Positions 13,895-25,203 of a stretch of 64,000 bases of DNA are shown here, in pieces. Position numbers and translations under genes: made by a program. The first letter of the stretch is position 1, and each line of letters opens with the position of its first letter. The notes beneath the pieces were generated by a model. It did not search any database, was not told where the DNA came from, and saw nothing but the letters and a program-made list of their open reading frames with translations. Source of the stretch: Lepidodermella squamata (Eukaryota; Animalia; Gastrotricha); assembly GCA_047495785.1 (NCBI GenBank), contig JBLDXI010000010.1:1736001-1800000 (forward strand), read 5' to 3'.

Positions 13895-14394
13895 GCTTAA
13901 GCTAGCTAACGGCGAAGCTGTATCGCGCCGAAGAATTCCACCCGGCTCAGCGAGACGTGAGTTGGTTCGAAAGTGAGGAGTTTGATCTCACGATTCGTCT
14001 GCCTCCTAATCTCCATCATCATGTCTCCGTTGAATTTCTTATTTAGATCGTTTTAATCGAATGCAATGTTGTTCTATAGTTGTGTGTCTAATTACGAAAA
14101 AAAGAACTTCAAAGATACAATTCAGCAGCCATGTGACAGAGTTGGCTGTTCAAAATGCAGATAATCAAAGATCCAAGATCGAAATGCTTAGGAATAAAAA
14201 TAAACAGGACAATTTTCAGTGCATGGATTACTCAGACTCCGCGTGAAAAAATGCAATCTTGTGGTAATAGTCCATCTTTGGTCATTACTCATTTGCGAAT
14301 GGTTAAATTATCTTGATCACGAATCTTCAAAATTCGAATCTTTTATTTTTTCAAGATGGTGTTCATGTTTTATTCAACATTCATTTTTGTTTCT

Positions 14395-15622
14395 TCATGG
14401 TTCATTTGCCTGTGCAATTTTCTCGTTTCCTGTTGGCGGCAGTACCTCCTCATAAATTGGCTCAATGAACTCCCAATCTTTAGTTATTGTTTCTTTCCTT
14501 GGATTGCAGGCTCTCAGGCATTCAGAAATCGTCTGAAAGCTGTTCATTTTCGATATCCGCTCATCGATTCCTTCATCCGCCTCCCAGCATCGATCTTCCA
14601 GCCGATCGTAGACGATGTACGCCTTAGAGTATGCGTGAAAGGGTGGGGCTCGAAAGTAGTCCGCTCCTTTTCTAAACATTGTAAACTCGCAGCGTCGGTC
14701 TTTTATCTTCCACGAGGGGACTATGTATGAGAAACGTGTTAATTAGAAGCATTTTGAATGAATTTCTTCCTCCCTTACCTTTCTTCCTATAGATAGCGCA
14801 AGTGTCCATGCAGCTGTGCTCACTCTCATGCGAGTGCCGCTTCAAATCGATATCATTACATTGAGAAATCCTCGTCTCGCAACGTCCAGTTTCAATGTTG
14901 AAGATCAGCTCAATGTTATTCTCATTCCGCCTCGCAACTTTGAAAGAGTACGACACAGTGCAGTGATCCCGTCGCTCCATGAAGCTGCAAATTTCTCTTG
15001 TATCAATCGGCGAGACAGCAACAGTAGAGTTGTCTTTACAATTCCGCCTGCATTCCCAGTGGTGGGCGAAAGCTTGGGCTTTAATTACTTCACCTCTGCA
15101 TCCCCCTTCTCTCAGTTCACATTTACCGGTTATTGAGTTGAAAATGTGGAAGGTGTGCTTGGATTTGCTCTTGCAATTATCATTGCTGGTCTTCGGAGGT
15201 TCAAAAAGGCAACGCTCGTCGTTCTTCATTGGGGTTGGAGGAGCATTTGGGTCCTCGGTCGTAGTTGAATCCTTTGACACATTTCTTCTATTAGCTCCAC
15301 CAGAACCATTATCACCAAAATTCACAACAGGTGGGTTGGCTTTCGGGATTGCTGTTTGTTGGGTGCTAGTCTCGCCGACCTTCCAACTAGGATTATGTCT
15401 TGTTTTCTCAGGTTCAATGTAGCTGATCTCAGAAGTTCCAATTAAGCTTGCCGTTGAATGATGAGCTGATTCCGTTGCCGTTACTCTTGTACCAGTTTGA
15501 TTGAAGACGCCATTTGCTGGATTAGGATGGCTATTCGAATGCTGAAAGATATCTCCTATTTCGTTTGCAAACGCCACAAACCCAAGTTGTGACACTGCTG
15601 CAAGGAGATACATTGATTTCAT
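14395..15622 (-). CDS. Secreted Kunitz-like protein K2 with 3 domains (exons 15622-14779, 14720-14395; 389 aa)
   Basis: Signal peptide MKSMYLLAAV. Domains homologous to K1 (CKDNST...ICSFMER). A 58-nt phase-1 intron sits at the same relative position as in K1. Confidence 0.8.
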
Positions 15623-17128
15623 ACTTTGCCGGGGTTTCTGTTGGATTTCCCTCATTTTTTGATCATCTTCAGCGTTTTACGTGAGTTGAATTCTTTCAGA
15701 TTAATTAAAACATAACGTCTGAGCTTAAACCTTGCGCTGTGAATGGGCGTTACCGTAATTGTATCTAGCTCATCAATCACAGGTCGGACCTTTGATTTTT
15801 CGCGACATTATTTATTATATAGCACAGACTCTTAGAATTTCTGCATATTATAAACTGAGCATTATTGCGCAACCTGACATGTTCTTTTCACGCATTATGT
15901 AAAATTAGCTCCCGGCATGTGTGAGCGTTAGAAGCTGCAAGATCCGATGCCCGAAATGTTCGTTACATTTATGATGCGATATTTATCACGAGAATGGTTT
16001 TTGAGTTGAACAGTGAACATCAGATTAAGTCCAATTATTTTCGAATTTCGGGCTGATACACAAGTCCAGAATATCGGTGAACTCCAGGCAGCAGCGTTTA
16101 CAAAAGCTATGTTATTACGCTAGCTTTCAAACTACATATTACTAACGAAAAACAACGCCCGACGTCAGTTGTTATACCTTCTGTTATTTTTTAGAGTGAG
16201 ACGCAATGATGGCCAGCAATTGTTCAAGTACAGCAAAGCCGTCAACTAGCGTCAAAATCAACGGCGTTCCAGCGGCTACATAATCAAGTAATTCGATGTC
16301 AAGATCTGCGAGGCACATGGTTTTCTCTGAACTTACCAACAAAGTCAACAAACTCATAAACCTAATTTTCCACGTTTTCCGTCTACAAATTCTCAGCTTC
16401 CCGAGGGCTGGTCGCAAAATGTTGATATCTAACATTTGAAGGTTCGAACTGAACGAGGAATTCAAACTGGATCTGTCCCAACTTTCAACGTTGGAATTAG
16501 ATTCTATTTAATCGTAAATCCTAAAAATTTGAACTTCTCATTGCCAAATAGTAGTAAACCCATGAAGCAAACGCATGATACGTCAAGCTAACGTTGTATT
16601 TTCATTCGCTTAAGTAAGGGAGAGGGGATTTCTTCATTGGAAATTCGTCTTTGCGTAGTTGGTGGGTTTATCGTTAAGCTTAATTATCAACGAACGCAAG
16701 TTCGAAGGCTACCTACCTTCGAGGGATTACTATATCAACATGCTCATATCAATAGATGAATTCGGGCGTTAGTTTGTTACTGAGCTTTACTTGACTATTA
16801 GTGAAGTAAATTTCGATTTTTCAACTTCATCATAATGTATATATAGCTTTTTAGTTCGAATTCGTGATTCGTGAGCCATAAATAGTCAGATATCCGCATG
16901 CTTTCAGTCGTTATATGTCTACTGTCCTAAAAGATCGGGGAAACTCCTGGAACCTGGGGAGGCGAAGCCATTTACATTTCGCTCTATCATCAACTCGTAA
17001 CATGATCTTAGTCCCTTCTTGCTGCCTATTTTAAGCGCTAATATGCACTTACCAACCCATTTGCCTGATTACTTGTCCTTTATAAGCATGATCTAAAATT
17101 CAAAATCCCAATAGAACGTTTAGCGATA

Positions 17129-19549
17129 ATGAATCAATCTTTGCTGCTTTCGCTCATCTTTATGGCTGTTGAAATTGCTGGCCGGAAGACGAATCGTCTC
17201 AGCATGTTCATTTCTATGCCCTTTACCGGAAACGAACCAAGGGATGGCCTCGGCTGTCTATACGGTACTCAGGTTGTTCTCGATGCCGTAAATAACCGAT
17301 CGGATATCCTACCTGATTATCATCTGGAACCTGACTACAGAAATGAAGGTCTCGGACCGCTGGCTGCTTCAGCTCTTCTGAGCTATATCCGAAGCTTCGA
17401 AGAGGTTGGGAATCAACAAGATCCTTTGTATTTGTCTCCAATAGTAAGTGGGCTGTACTACACTCCGTCCTGCTTAACAGTTGGAGGACTTCTCGCGAAA
17501 ACGATGAATCTCGTTCCGATCTCAGGTGGCTGCACTTCACCTATTTTCACAGGGAATCGAGTGAAATACCCGAATTTGTACAGGACTCGTAACTCAGGCG
17601 AGTTGGTCAGTGTTCCGCGAATTATCTTCATCAAACAGGTCGGGAGGTGGTCTCAAGTTGGTATCCTAACATCAGCAGGGAATCCTAATAACTACCTACT
17701 CGCCATCGACTTCTGGCAACTTGCTCTAGCTAACTCAATCAGAGTCCCTTGGTTTGACATAATAATGCAGGTAGATGAAAGGATCGTCACTTCGATGAAG
17801 CAAAGCAAACTCCGAATTTTCGTTGTCGATATCAGCGAGCCGGTTGAATTCAACAAGTTACTGTGCTTCAGTTACAAACAGGGTCTATCAGGTGAAAGAT
17901 ATGTCTTCATTGCCCAGACCTGGGCTTTTATCGACCCGTCATTCCTATCGCCTCAGCAAATCCCTGGTTGCACTAAGGATAACATGGTTTTGATGCTGAG
18001 GCAGACCTTCTTCATTGGATCTCCAACAGTTGCGATTGAAAACTTTGGCGCTTCAACTCTCGGGCATGATTTGGTTGAATTCGAAAGGCTCTTCGATATC
18101 ACATCGAATGGTTACAGAAAAGCGGACTATTTATCCCGCCATTACTGCTATGACACAACTCTGCAAGTAGTCCTGAGTCTGAATGCAACTGAGTCAATGC
18201 TGAATAGCAAGTTCAACTCGACTTTGAAGGATTATAGTAAAAACCCCGAAGCTGTAGCTCAAATTGCCAATCTCACATCGGGAGAGGTCGATTACCTGGG
18301 TCTTAGGGTCGGAGGTCGGCAAAAGTACTCCTCCCGTCTCGAAATGGATGGTCAGATGCAGACGGTGTCAAGCTGGAACCCAGAAGCAGGAATCATGGAG
18401 CCGATCTCAAAAATCAGCTTTGATGTTAGTAAAGGTTCCTACAAGAACATTGAAGCCTACACTGTGCAGCATATCCGACGTGTTTCTTGGCTATCCATAT
18501 CGAAAATACCCCCTCAGGATTCTGCAACCTTAGTAACGCAAAAGGAAGACATTCCCAAGCAATTCTTCTATGCTTTACTGGCTTTTGGTGGTCTCAATGT
18601 TATGACTGTTGTGATAAATCGTGTGGCTCTATTTCGAAAGGAATACAATTACTACATGCTATCGAAATGGTTATTCTCAGCTGGTACTATCCTTGCATCG
18701 GCTGGGTCGGTTCTCTTCGCAGCTCCAACGGATTCAGGAAACTGGTTATGCTCGGCTCGACTGTTTTTCGTCGTAGTAGGTCTCACGTTGATGAATACGT
18801 ATCTCACGCTAACTATCCTCATAACACTGGGCAGGCCAAAGTACAAGCCAATCAACAGGCAGCGAATTACGTCAAGAAGTCTTGGCACCAGAACCAGCTT
18901 TTCAAGGCGAGACAGCCGAATGGTAGCTACGAATTATGCTCAAGCTCGTACTCGACCATCAATCCATCCAACTGTTGACGAGTCTCAAATTTCTCAAAGC
19001 ATCGCCGAACCCGTTATCAAATACGAAATGTTCGATCCTAAATCGAATGATCGAAAAATCGTTCTTTCCATGATTGTATACTCAGTAGTGGTTCTCATCT
19101 TGCTAGTTGCTATGGTTCCCAGCGACCCTTGGTCAATGAGACAAACTAGTTACGGAGTTCCATTCTACGACGATAAGTTGGACACGATCACAGAATCTTC
19201 GGTTTCTACTTGCTACTCGGAAACTGAGAACGCGTGGCTGAGTGTTTTCCTGATACTCAGTACTCTCCCGTTGTTGGTCGGAATTTATTTGAGCTACGAA
19301 TGGCAATGTTACGCAAAGCAGTGCTGCTATAACTCCTGCCCGGACTTCGCGAAACTCTTACCCTTGAGCTTTCGGCGATTGAATTCAACTATTGCGAATC
19401 AGTTAACCCTTATGCTATGCGGCACAGCTGCAATTTTCGCTTCTTCGCAATCGTCCCCGGTGTACCATTACATTGAGATGAGTGTTTTTGTAATCTTCTC
19501 AGCAAGCACTTCATTCCTGATTGTCGCTTGGAAAGTCGAATCGCTGTGA
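17129..19549 (+). CDS. Intronless class C GPCR, GABA-B-like (Venus flytrap domain + 7TM; 806 aa)
   Basis: Signal peptide, VNNRSDILPDYHL and KYPNLYRT motifs typical of ANF-receptor/GABA-B flytrap domains, seven hydrophobic segments, no cysteine-rich linker. Confidence 0.85.
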   Translation: MNQSLLLSLIFMAVEIAGRKTNRLSMFISMPFTGNEPRDGLGCLYGTQVVLDAVNNRSDILPDYHLEPDYRNEGLGPLAASALLSYIRSFEEVGNQQDPLYLSPIVSGLYYTPSCLTVGGLLAKTMNLVPISGGCTSPIFTGNRVKYPNLYRTRNSGELVSVPRIIFIKQVGRWSQVGILTSAGNPNNYLLAIDFWQLALANSIRVPWFDIIMQVDERIVTSMKQSKLRIFVVDISEPVEFNKLLCFSYKQGLSGERYVFIAQTWAFIDPSFLSPQQIPGCTKDNMVLMLRQTFFIGSPTVAIENFGASTLGHDLVEFERLFDITSNGYRKADYLSRHYCYDTTLQVVLSLNATESMLNSKFNSTLKDYSKNPEAVAQIANLTSGEVDYLGLRVGGRQKYSSRLEMDGQMQTVSSWNPEAGIMEPISKISFDVSKGSYKNIEAYTVQHIRRVSWLSISKIPPQDSATLVTQKEDIPKQFFYALLAFGGLNVMTVVINRVALFRKEYNYYMLSKWLFSAGTILASAGSVLFAAPTDSGNWLCSARLFFVVVGLTLMNTYLTLTILITLGRPKYKPINRQRITSRSLGTRTSFSRRDSRMVATNYAQARTRPSIHPTVDESQISQSIAEPVIKYEMFDPKSNDRKIVLSMIVYSVVVLILLVAMVPSDPWSMRQTSYGVPFYDDKLDTITESSVSTCYSETENAWLSVFLILSTLPLLVGIYLSYEWQCYAKQCCYNSCPDFAKLLPLSFRRLNSTIANQLTLMLCGTAAIFASSQSSPVYHYIEMSVFVIFSASTSFLIVAWKVESL

Positions 19550-20183
19550 TTTACGTTTCATTTGATGTTGTTTTTTTTGTCTCAGGGTAAAGCGAACGAA
19601 GAACGGACGGAAAAAAACCGGACGAGACAGATGTTTGAACGTGTGGTTAATCAAGGATTCGATCATTAGTATGGGCATCAGTTCTCTGAGTATATCTAAA
19701 CAAATGAAAAAATAAGGACTTCATTGAACGTAGACATCGTGCGAGCGTGCAAATGTGGATGTTAATTGCCACATCTTCTTAAATTAGCTGTTAGCTAATT
19801 AAAATAAATTGAAAACATTGAAATTGTGTTATGATTCATCCTCCATAGATACACATATAATATACCTGCACTCAGTTCACAATTCAGTTAAACATTCAAG
19901 GAGCACGTGAAATAATTCTATAAAGATCGCCACACGGCCAATGTGATGTATAACCCAAATTTTAATCCTGTATCTGAGATTAAATAAGAATCAATGATTA
20001 AATTGATCCTTTCCACAGCTTGTCGACTAATCCAAGATTACAAGAGAATCGTCATCGCTGTGCTCTACATAATTTGAATTATGATTCAGAATTTAAAAGT
20101 CGGAAACGCGTGAGGATCCGTTCTCACTGAAACAATGTCAGTCCTTGGTATATCATTGATTTTTCGCTAAATACCACGGTTAA

Positions 20184-20760
20184 TCAGGACTTTCTATATA
20201 GGAAATCCTTAGATGCAAATAGAGTTTTATTCCGGTTGGAGTGCGAATCAGTTCGACATCTCTGTAAGCATTCAGCCTCACTCTTGTGAAAGATCATTAC
20301 ATTACTAAATCGAGTTTTTGCGCTAGAACATAGAGGAGGTCAGGCGACGCGGCGACCGGACTTGACGAAAATTCAAAATTCCCCCCATAAATGCGTTGCC
20401 ATGGAAAATATTTAAAAAATTATTAAATTGTTTGACTTTTATTTATTTTAATTTTGAAATATTTATTTTATTTAACTTGAGTGAAGAAAATGGGGGAGAA
20501 GGCGAAATTTTTGAACTTTTACCCTGGACGTTTCTAGGTGCCGTTGTGCCGTTGCAAACAGCCCGCATGAGGAAACACTGTCTTTTTGAACTATCGAGAA
20601 TATGATCTCGTCGGCATCGCTATTTATACATCTCATCTTCTCGGGTTTCATGTAGGAGCATCTCGAGTCGGGTTTCTCAAGATCAGGCGGATCGGATGGA
20701 TCATAAGCAGTGGTCATCCCAACTGCTACAGTTTGGGAATATTATTTTCAGTAACATCAT
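20184..20760 (-). pseudogene. Kunitz-like pseudogene with frameshifts and an internal insertion
   Basis: Pieces in different frames: MMLLKIIF / QTVAVGMTTAYDP...RCSYMKPEKMRC / HILDSSKRQCFLMRAVC, then about 200 bp of unrelated DNA, then FHKSEAECLQRC. Confidence 0.65.
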
Positions 20761-21137
20761 AGCAGCCTTCGAATTCCATAATCTTATGTACTCGTCCCTT
20801 TCTCATCCCTTGCTTCGATCAAAATGCAAAAGCTAAATGAAACTAGGGACGTTAGAATTATCATTACTCCATCTTGTTTCATTGAGTTAGTCCTGTTAGT
20901 CTAGGGTTGCGATGAGGAATGAGGATTTTAATTCATATTCGGATCACCGATCGCGCGGATCACCGAATCAGCTCAATAACAAAGCAATTCAGTTTCAAAA
21001 GCCTTTATTTACAAAATGCTCAGTGTATAATAAATTTTATTCTGAGATGTTACAACCGGTTTAAATTCTACACGACCTCAGGATTTTCACGGCACCGGTC
21101 ATTACAATTATCGTACATAGTTAACAGTATTTTGCTC

Positions 21138-21674
21138 TTAGTTCATGTAGTCCCTGCAAGCGTATTCACAGCTGAATTTGTCCTTATGCGAATGACGTTT
21201 GACGACAGTCTCATCACAGCCGCCATGTTGATCCTCACACTTCTTGGTCTCAGCATTGAAAACAGTGTAGGGTCCATTCGGGAAGCGCATGTAGCAAGGA
21301 CCCGCAAGGGCTGGGTTATACGTGCACAGCTCCTCGGTGCTGACAGAGTCCGATTCCGGGTTTGACTCGGTCGTATCTCCGCAGATTTCACGGCACTCGG
21401 CCGCTGATTTGAAGGACACTTTCCGAACCTCAGCAACGCGACAGGCTCCGTTCTCCGTAACACATTTGCCGGTCCTTGAGTCAAAAACAATGAAGTTAGG
21501 GCTGCCGCCGATCAGACAGGCGAAATTAGCTGGATGGTAAAAGCAGCGTGTATCATTCGCCTTTACTAATTTCTCCAGCAATTCATCAGTGGATTTTTCG
21601 CTCGATGAGAGGCAGCATGATGCTCTGAGGACTGCAGTTGCACAGATCAAGGCTTGAAACAATGAAAAAGTCAT
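21138..21674 (-). CDS. Secreted two-domain Kunitz-like protein K3 (178 aa, intronless)
   Basis: Signal peptide and two 6-Cys Kunitz-like domains (FIVFDSRTGKC, YTVFNAETKKC). Confidence 0.85.
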   Translation of the reverse strand: MTFSLFQALICATAVLRASCCLSSSEKSTDELLEKLVKANDTRCFYHPANFACLIGGSPNFIVFDSRTGKCVTENGACRVAEVRKVSFKSAAECREICGDTTESNPESDSVSTEELCTYNPALAGPCYMRFPNGPYTVFNAETKKCEDQHGGCDETVVKRHSHKDKFSCEYACRDYMN

Positions 21675-21989
21675 TTTGTTGTGACAATAGGTATCTTTAA
21701 AAAAGTAGAGTTTTCAAATTGATTGAATTTACTGGCGTTGCTTCGCGTTTTTATACGCGTGAAATTTGCATATAAGCTTCATGTGATATGTGATACAATT
21801 GCGTTTTCTTGGATTTTGCAATGTCATTCAGCGAATTGTTATCAGCGTACATAGATGTTATCGGCATGGAGCCAAAACCCCCGGCCGAAAGCACACTCGC
21901 AGATGAAAATAATCATTATACTGTCAGAAATATTTTCTTTTCTCGGAAAAAAAATAATTTCTAATTCATTCTTTTCTGGAAAAAGAAAT

Positions 21990-22672
21990 ATATGTGTCGT
22001 GGGCGAAATTTGGGCGTATTACGTAATACGCCTAGGTGTGTATCGAATACAGTAACGCCTAGGCGCGATATGTAATATGAGTGATAACTAGGCGCCAGTC
22101 GAAATCACCAATGGCGCCAGGCGCTAGCGGTGATATTGAGGTTTATTCGCTTCACGCCTAGGCGCTATGCGAGTAGCATGAAAGGCGACCACTAATTAAT
22201 ATTTCGTACTAACTTTTAAGCGTGATTTTAATGGCACCTGGTATCAAGATTTTCTCAGAAGCAATTGAAATTCCCCAAAAAATGCCGAAAAACTGTAATT
22301 TGATGAGTTGAGCTCAAATGGTCCGCATTAGATCAGATTTTACACTAGATGAATGAACTCTTGCCGCCTTCTTGGTAGTAAATGAGTGTCCCGTGCCGGT
22401 TTGCGCAAGAATCATCTTCCAAGTTGTAGAGGCTATGGGTTTTATTAGGGTTTGATGTTGATTGCGCCTTTATTGCTTGCTCTCGAAATAAAAATTTTAG
22501 AGATTTTAACGTGTATTTCGATATTCGACTGGCGCCTAGGCGTATTAAGGTATATCATTAACGCCTAGGCGTATTCGGTGATATTGTCAAGGCTTAGTCG
22601 CGAGCGCGCATATTCGCTGGCGCCTAGGCGTATTCCGAATACGCCATTTTCGACTGGCGCATGCGACATATG
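21990..22672. mobile_element. Non-autonomous foldback DNA element with subterminal CGCCTAGGCG palindromes
   Basis: Degenerate terminal inverted repeats (atatgtgtcg...ggcgtatt...aatacgcctagg versus cctaggcgtattccgaatacgcc...cgacatatg) and multiple cgcctaggcg copies at both ends. Confidence 0.65.
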
Positions 22673-23979
22673 TTTTCCGGCGGAAAAATGCCTTTCTAAT
22701 AAAAATCATAATTTACGAAGAATATAAAACAAAAATTCTGAGAAAAACGGACGTCGCGATTTCAACGGTCCATTTCTTGGCGTAAAACACTAATTCCCCT
22801 TTGTATTCTAACCACGGATACAATCAAAGTGTGCCACTTGAGTGCCAAGTGTACCAAGGTGTGGCGCATCTAATGAGACCCAAAATTGTATTCTATCGTC
22901 ACAGGGGGCTGCTTTACTATAGAGTGGTTTGCTAAATCACGGTCCGCTGAGTTCCAAAAACCCGGGCTCTATTGAACTCGACGGACCCAATTTAGCGGAC
23001 CAAATCGAGTCGTAGTACTTAAATGTTTGAAACTGCCCGAATGAGGCTAGAAAGCCTAAATTTCGCGATTTGAACGCATGGAGCAGATGAAAAATTCGAA
23101 TAATTGCGAGATTTCAATTCGCTGTGGCATTGACATTTTGGCCAAAGGTTTTAATGTGAAACCATACCTTTCGCTTATTTTTTAAATTCGGGCGTAATAC
23201 AGTGAAAATCAAAAGTTACGCGCGGTCAGGAATTTGTTGAGTTGAAGCTAAAAATATCTCACACGCGCCCGAACTATTTTTAGCTTGGGTTGAACTCAGC
23301 TAAAAATGAAAAGTGTAACTCGGGCAGACTACGAAGTTTTAATAGTTTTAAAAATATGAATATTCATAAGGTGCTAATTAATATTCCGAAGCCCTCAAAG
23401 TCGATAATTATGTCGGAAAAATTATTTTTGATTTGTTAAAACCTTACTCTAATTGCTCAAATTTTTCTGCAATTTTTGGCACTTAACTGAGAATGTCCTA
23501 GTTTCATGACATCTCATGAATATATTCATATTATCGAAACTATCCCCATTTTCTTGAAGCTATTTTTGGAGATCGTGAAAAAGGCGTAATTTTGGTCCGT
23601 TTTGCTGAGGATAAACAGCCTCATTTCGCACGTGCGAAAAATTCCTACTAGCATTGCCTCTATTCCACCGTGCGGATCTTTTGATTGTCACTGTATAAAA
23701 TAATGTAAAATGGAATTATTTTGATGTTGAAAATAATTTACTCGTAACAACAAAAAAGTGCCCCCCCCCACGAAGTAACATGAAACCCGCGAACTTTTAT
23801 TTTCTTTTCTCGAACCATTTTAACTTAAAGCGTCGGAACCATCGGAATATTCAATTTTTATATATTGAATAATAAGCATCGGAAAAGTCGCCTTTATATT
23901 TATTCTTATTTTCCGATGTGTTAAGACATTATGTTCGATCAAATAAGTAACTTTCAAAGAGTCGCAAATTAAGACTTAA

Positions 23980-25203
23980 TTAAGAACGTCCCCGCCCCCG
24001 TCGGCGACCCGCGCCACGGCCGCGAGCAACCGCCGGAGCAACCAGCTCTTCTGGAAGCTCCACCCCGCGTCCACGACCGCGACCTCGGCTTCGTGTCATC
24101 GCTGCTGTAGCGGCAATCGGAGCATCTTCAACTGCCAGCAAATCAACTGATCCCTGTCCTCGTCCTGATCCACGGCCTCGGGGCCGCCCGCGACCTCTTC
24201 CTCGAACAACAGCGGGTAGTTGCTCCACTGTGGTGGCTTGTCCTCGACCACTTCCACGGCCGCGACCTCGTGCTCTAGAGCCTCGACCAATCGGTTCGGT
24301 TTCAGGAGGACCAGCAGGAAAAGTGTCTTCAATAGCTGTTTCAGGAGCCATGCCAACCTGCTTAGCGAATTCCAGCGCACGACCGTGGCGAGGCGGCCTA
24401 CCCCGAGGGTTACCGCGCAGCCCCCTCGAACCAGTTAGCAAGCACCAGTTAGCAACTGCCCAGAACGGTTTCCTATCCTTGTTAGCCAGCGATTCCTCGA
24501 CTTCGTAGTGGACGACATAAGGTTGTTTGTCATCGACAGGCTTCTGAGTTCGTGATTCGCACCAGGCACGAAGCTCGGCTGTTCCGAAAGAGCTTGAAAG
24601 CGCGTCAGGACCAACAGTTGCCATTCGATGTTTTCTCTTCAACTGTTGCTTCAAATTGGCGACTTGCCTCGTTGTCAGCTTTGGATTGTCTTTGATGAGC
24701 CGCTCCCTGATGTACTTGGGTGGATCATTGATATGATCCAGCACATATCGCCTCACCTCGGCTGTTAACACGCTTGTCGAATTGGTTGGATGCACATGAG
24801 CGCCGCCACACGAAAACACGGCTTGGTCAGGAGACCATTTGAGTACACCCCGATGGGGGCAATCCTTTGAGCCAGACTTCCGATGCTTACAGACGTAATA
24901 GCATGTTTGCTTGTTGAAACCGCTCTTCGTAGTGTCAATCCAGAGAATGCTGTAGTTCCGCTTGACGAAGTCCTTGGCTTCATGGAATGTAATGCCGAAT
25001 GGCAAAGTTTCGAACAAATCAAACTCAAATTCATCTGTCGGCTTCGGGTCGGCAATAAAGTCATTTTCATCGTCAACCAGAGCAGGGTCATCTTCATCCC
25101 AGTCCTGATCTTGATTCTCGACCGACTGCCCATCGATAACCTCGTCGGAGTCCTCAAATTCCTCTAATAAAGGTTCGATGACATTAGCTGAGTCCCCCCC
25201 CAC
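23980..25203 (-). mobile_element. MULE/Mutator-like transposase-derived ORF, internally deleted (407 codons)
   Basis: WRKY/FLYWCH-like zinc finger YYVCKHRKSGSKDCPHRG...AHVH, segment LRAWCESRTQKPVDDKQPYVV, AT-hook-like RGRPPR and an RG-rich tail. No DDE core or SWIM finger is visible and there is no ATG at the ORF start. Confidence 0.6.

Noticed and set aside
16184-16465. 93-aa minus-strand ORF
   Set aside because: Non-ATG start and no domain signal.
21990-22672. CGCCTAGGCG repeats as a CRISPR-like array
   Set aside because: Irregular spacing, inverted symmetry, eukaryotic context and no cas genes; fits transposon subterminal repeats.
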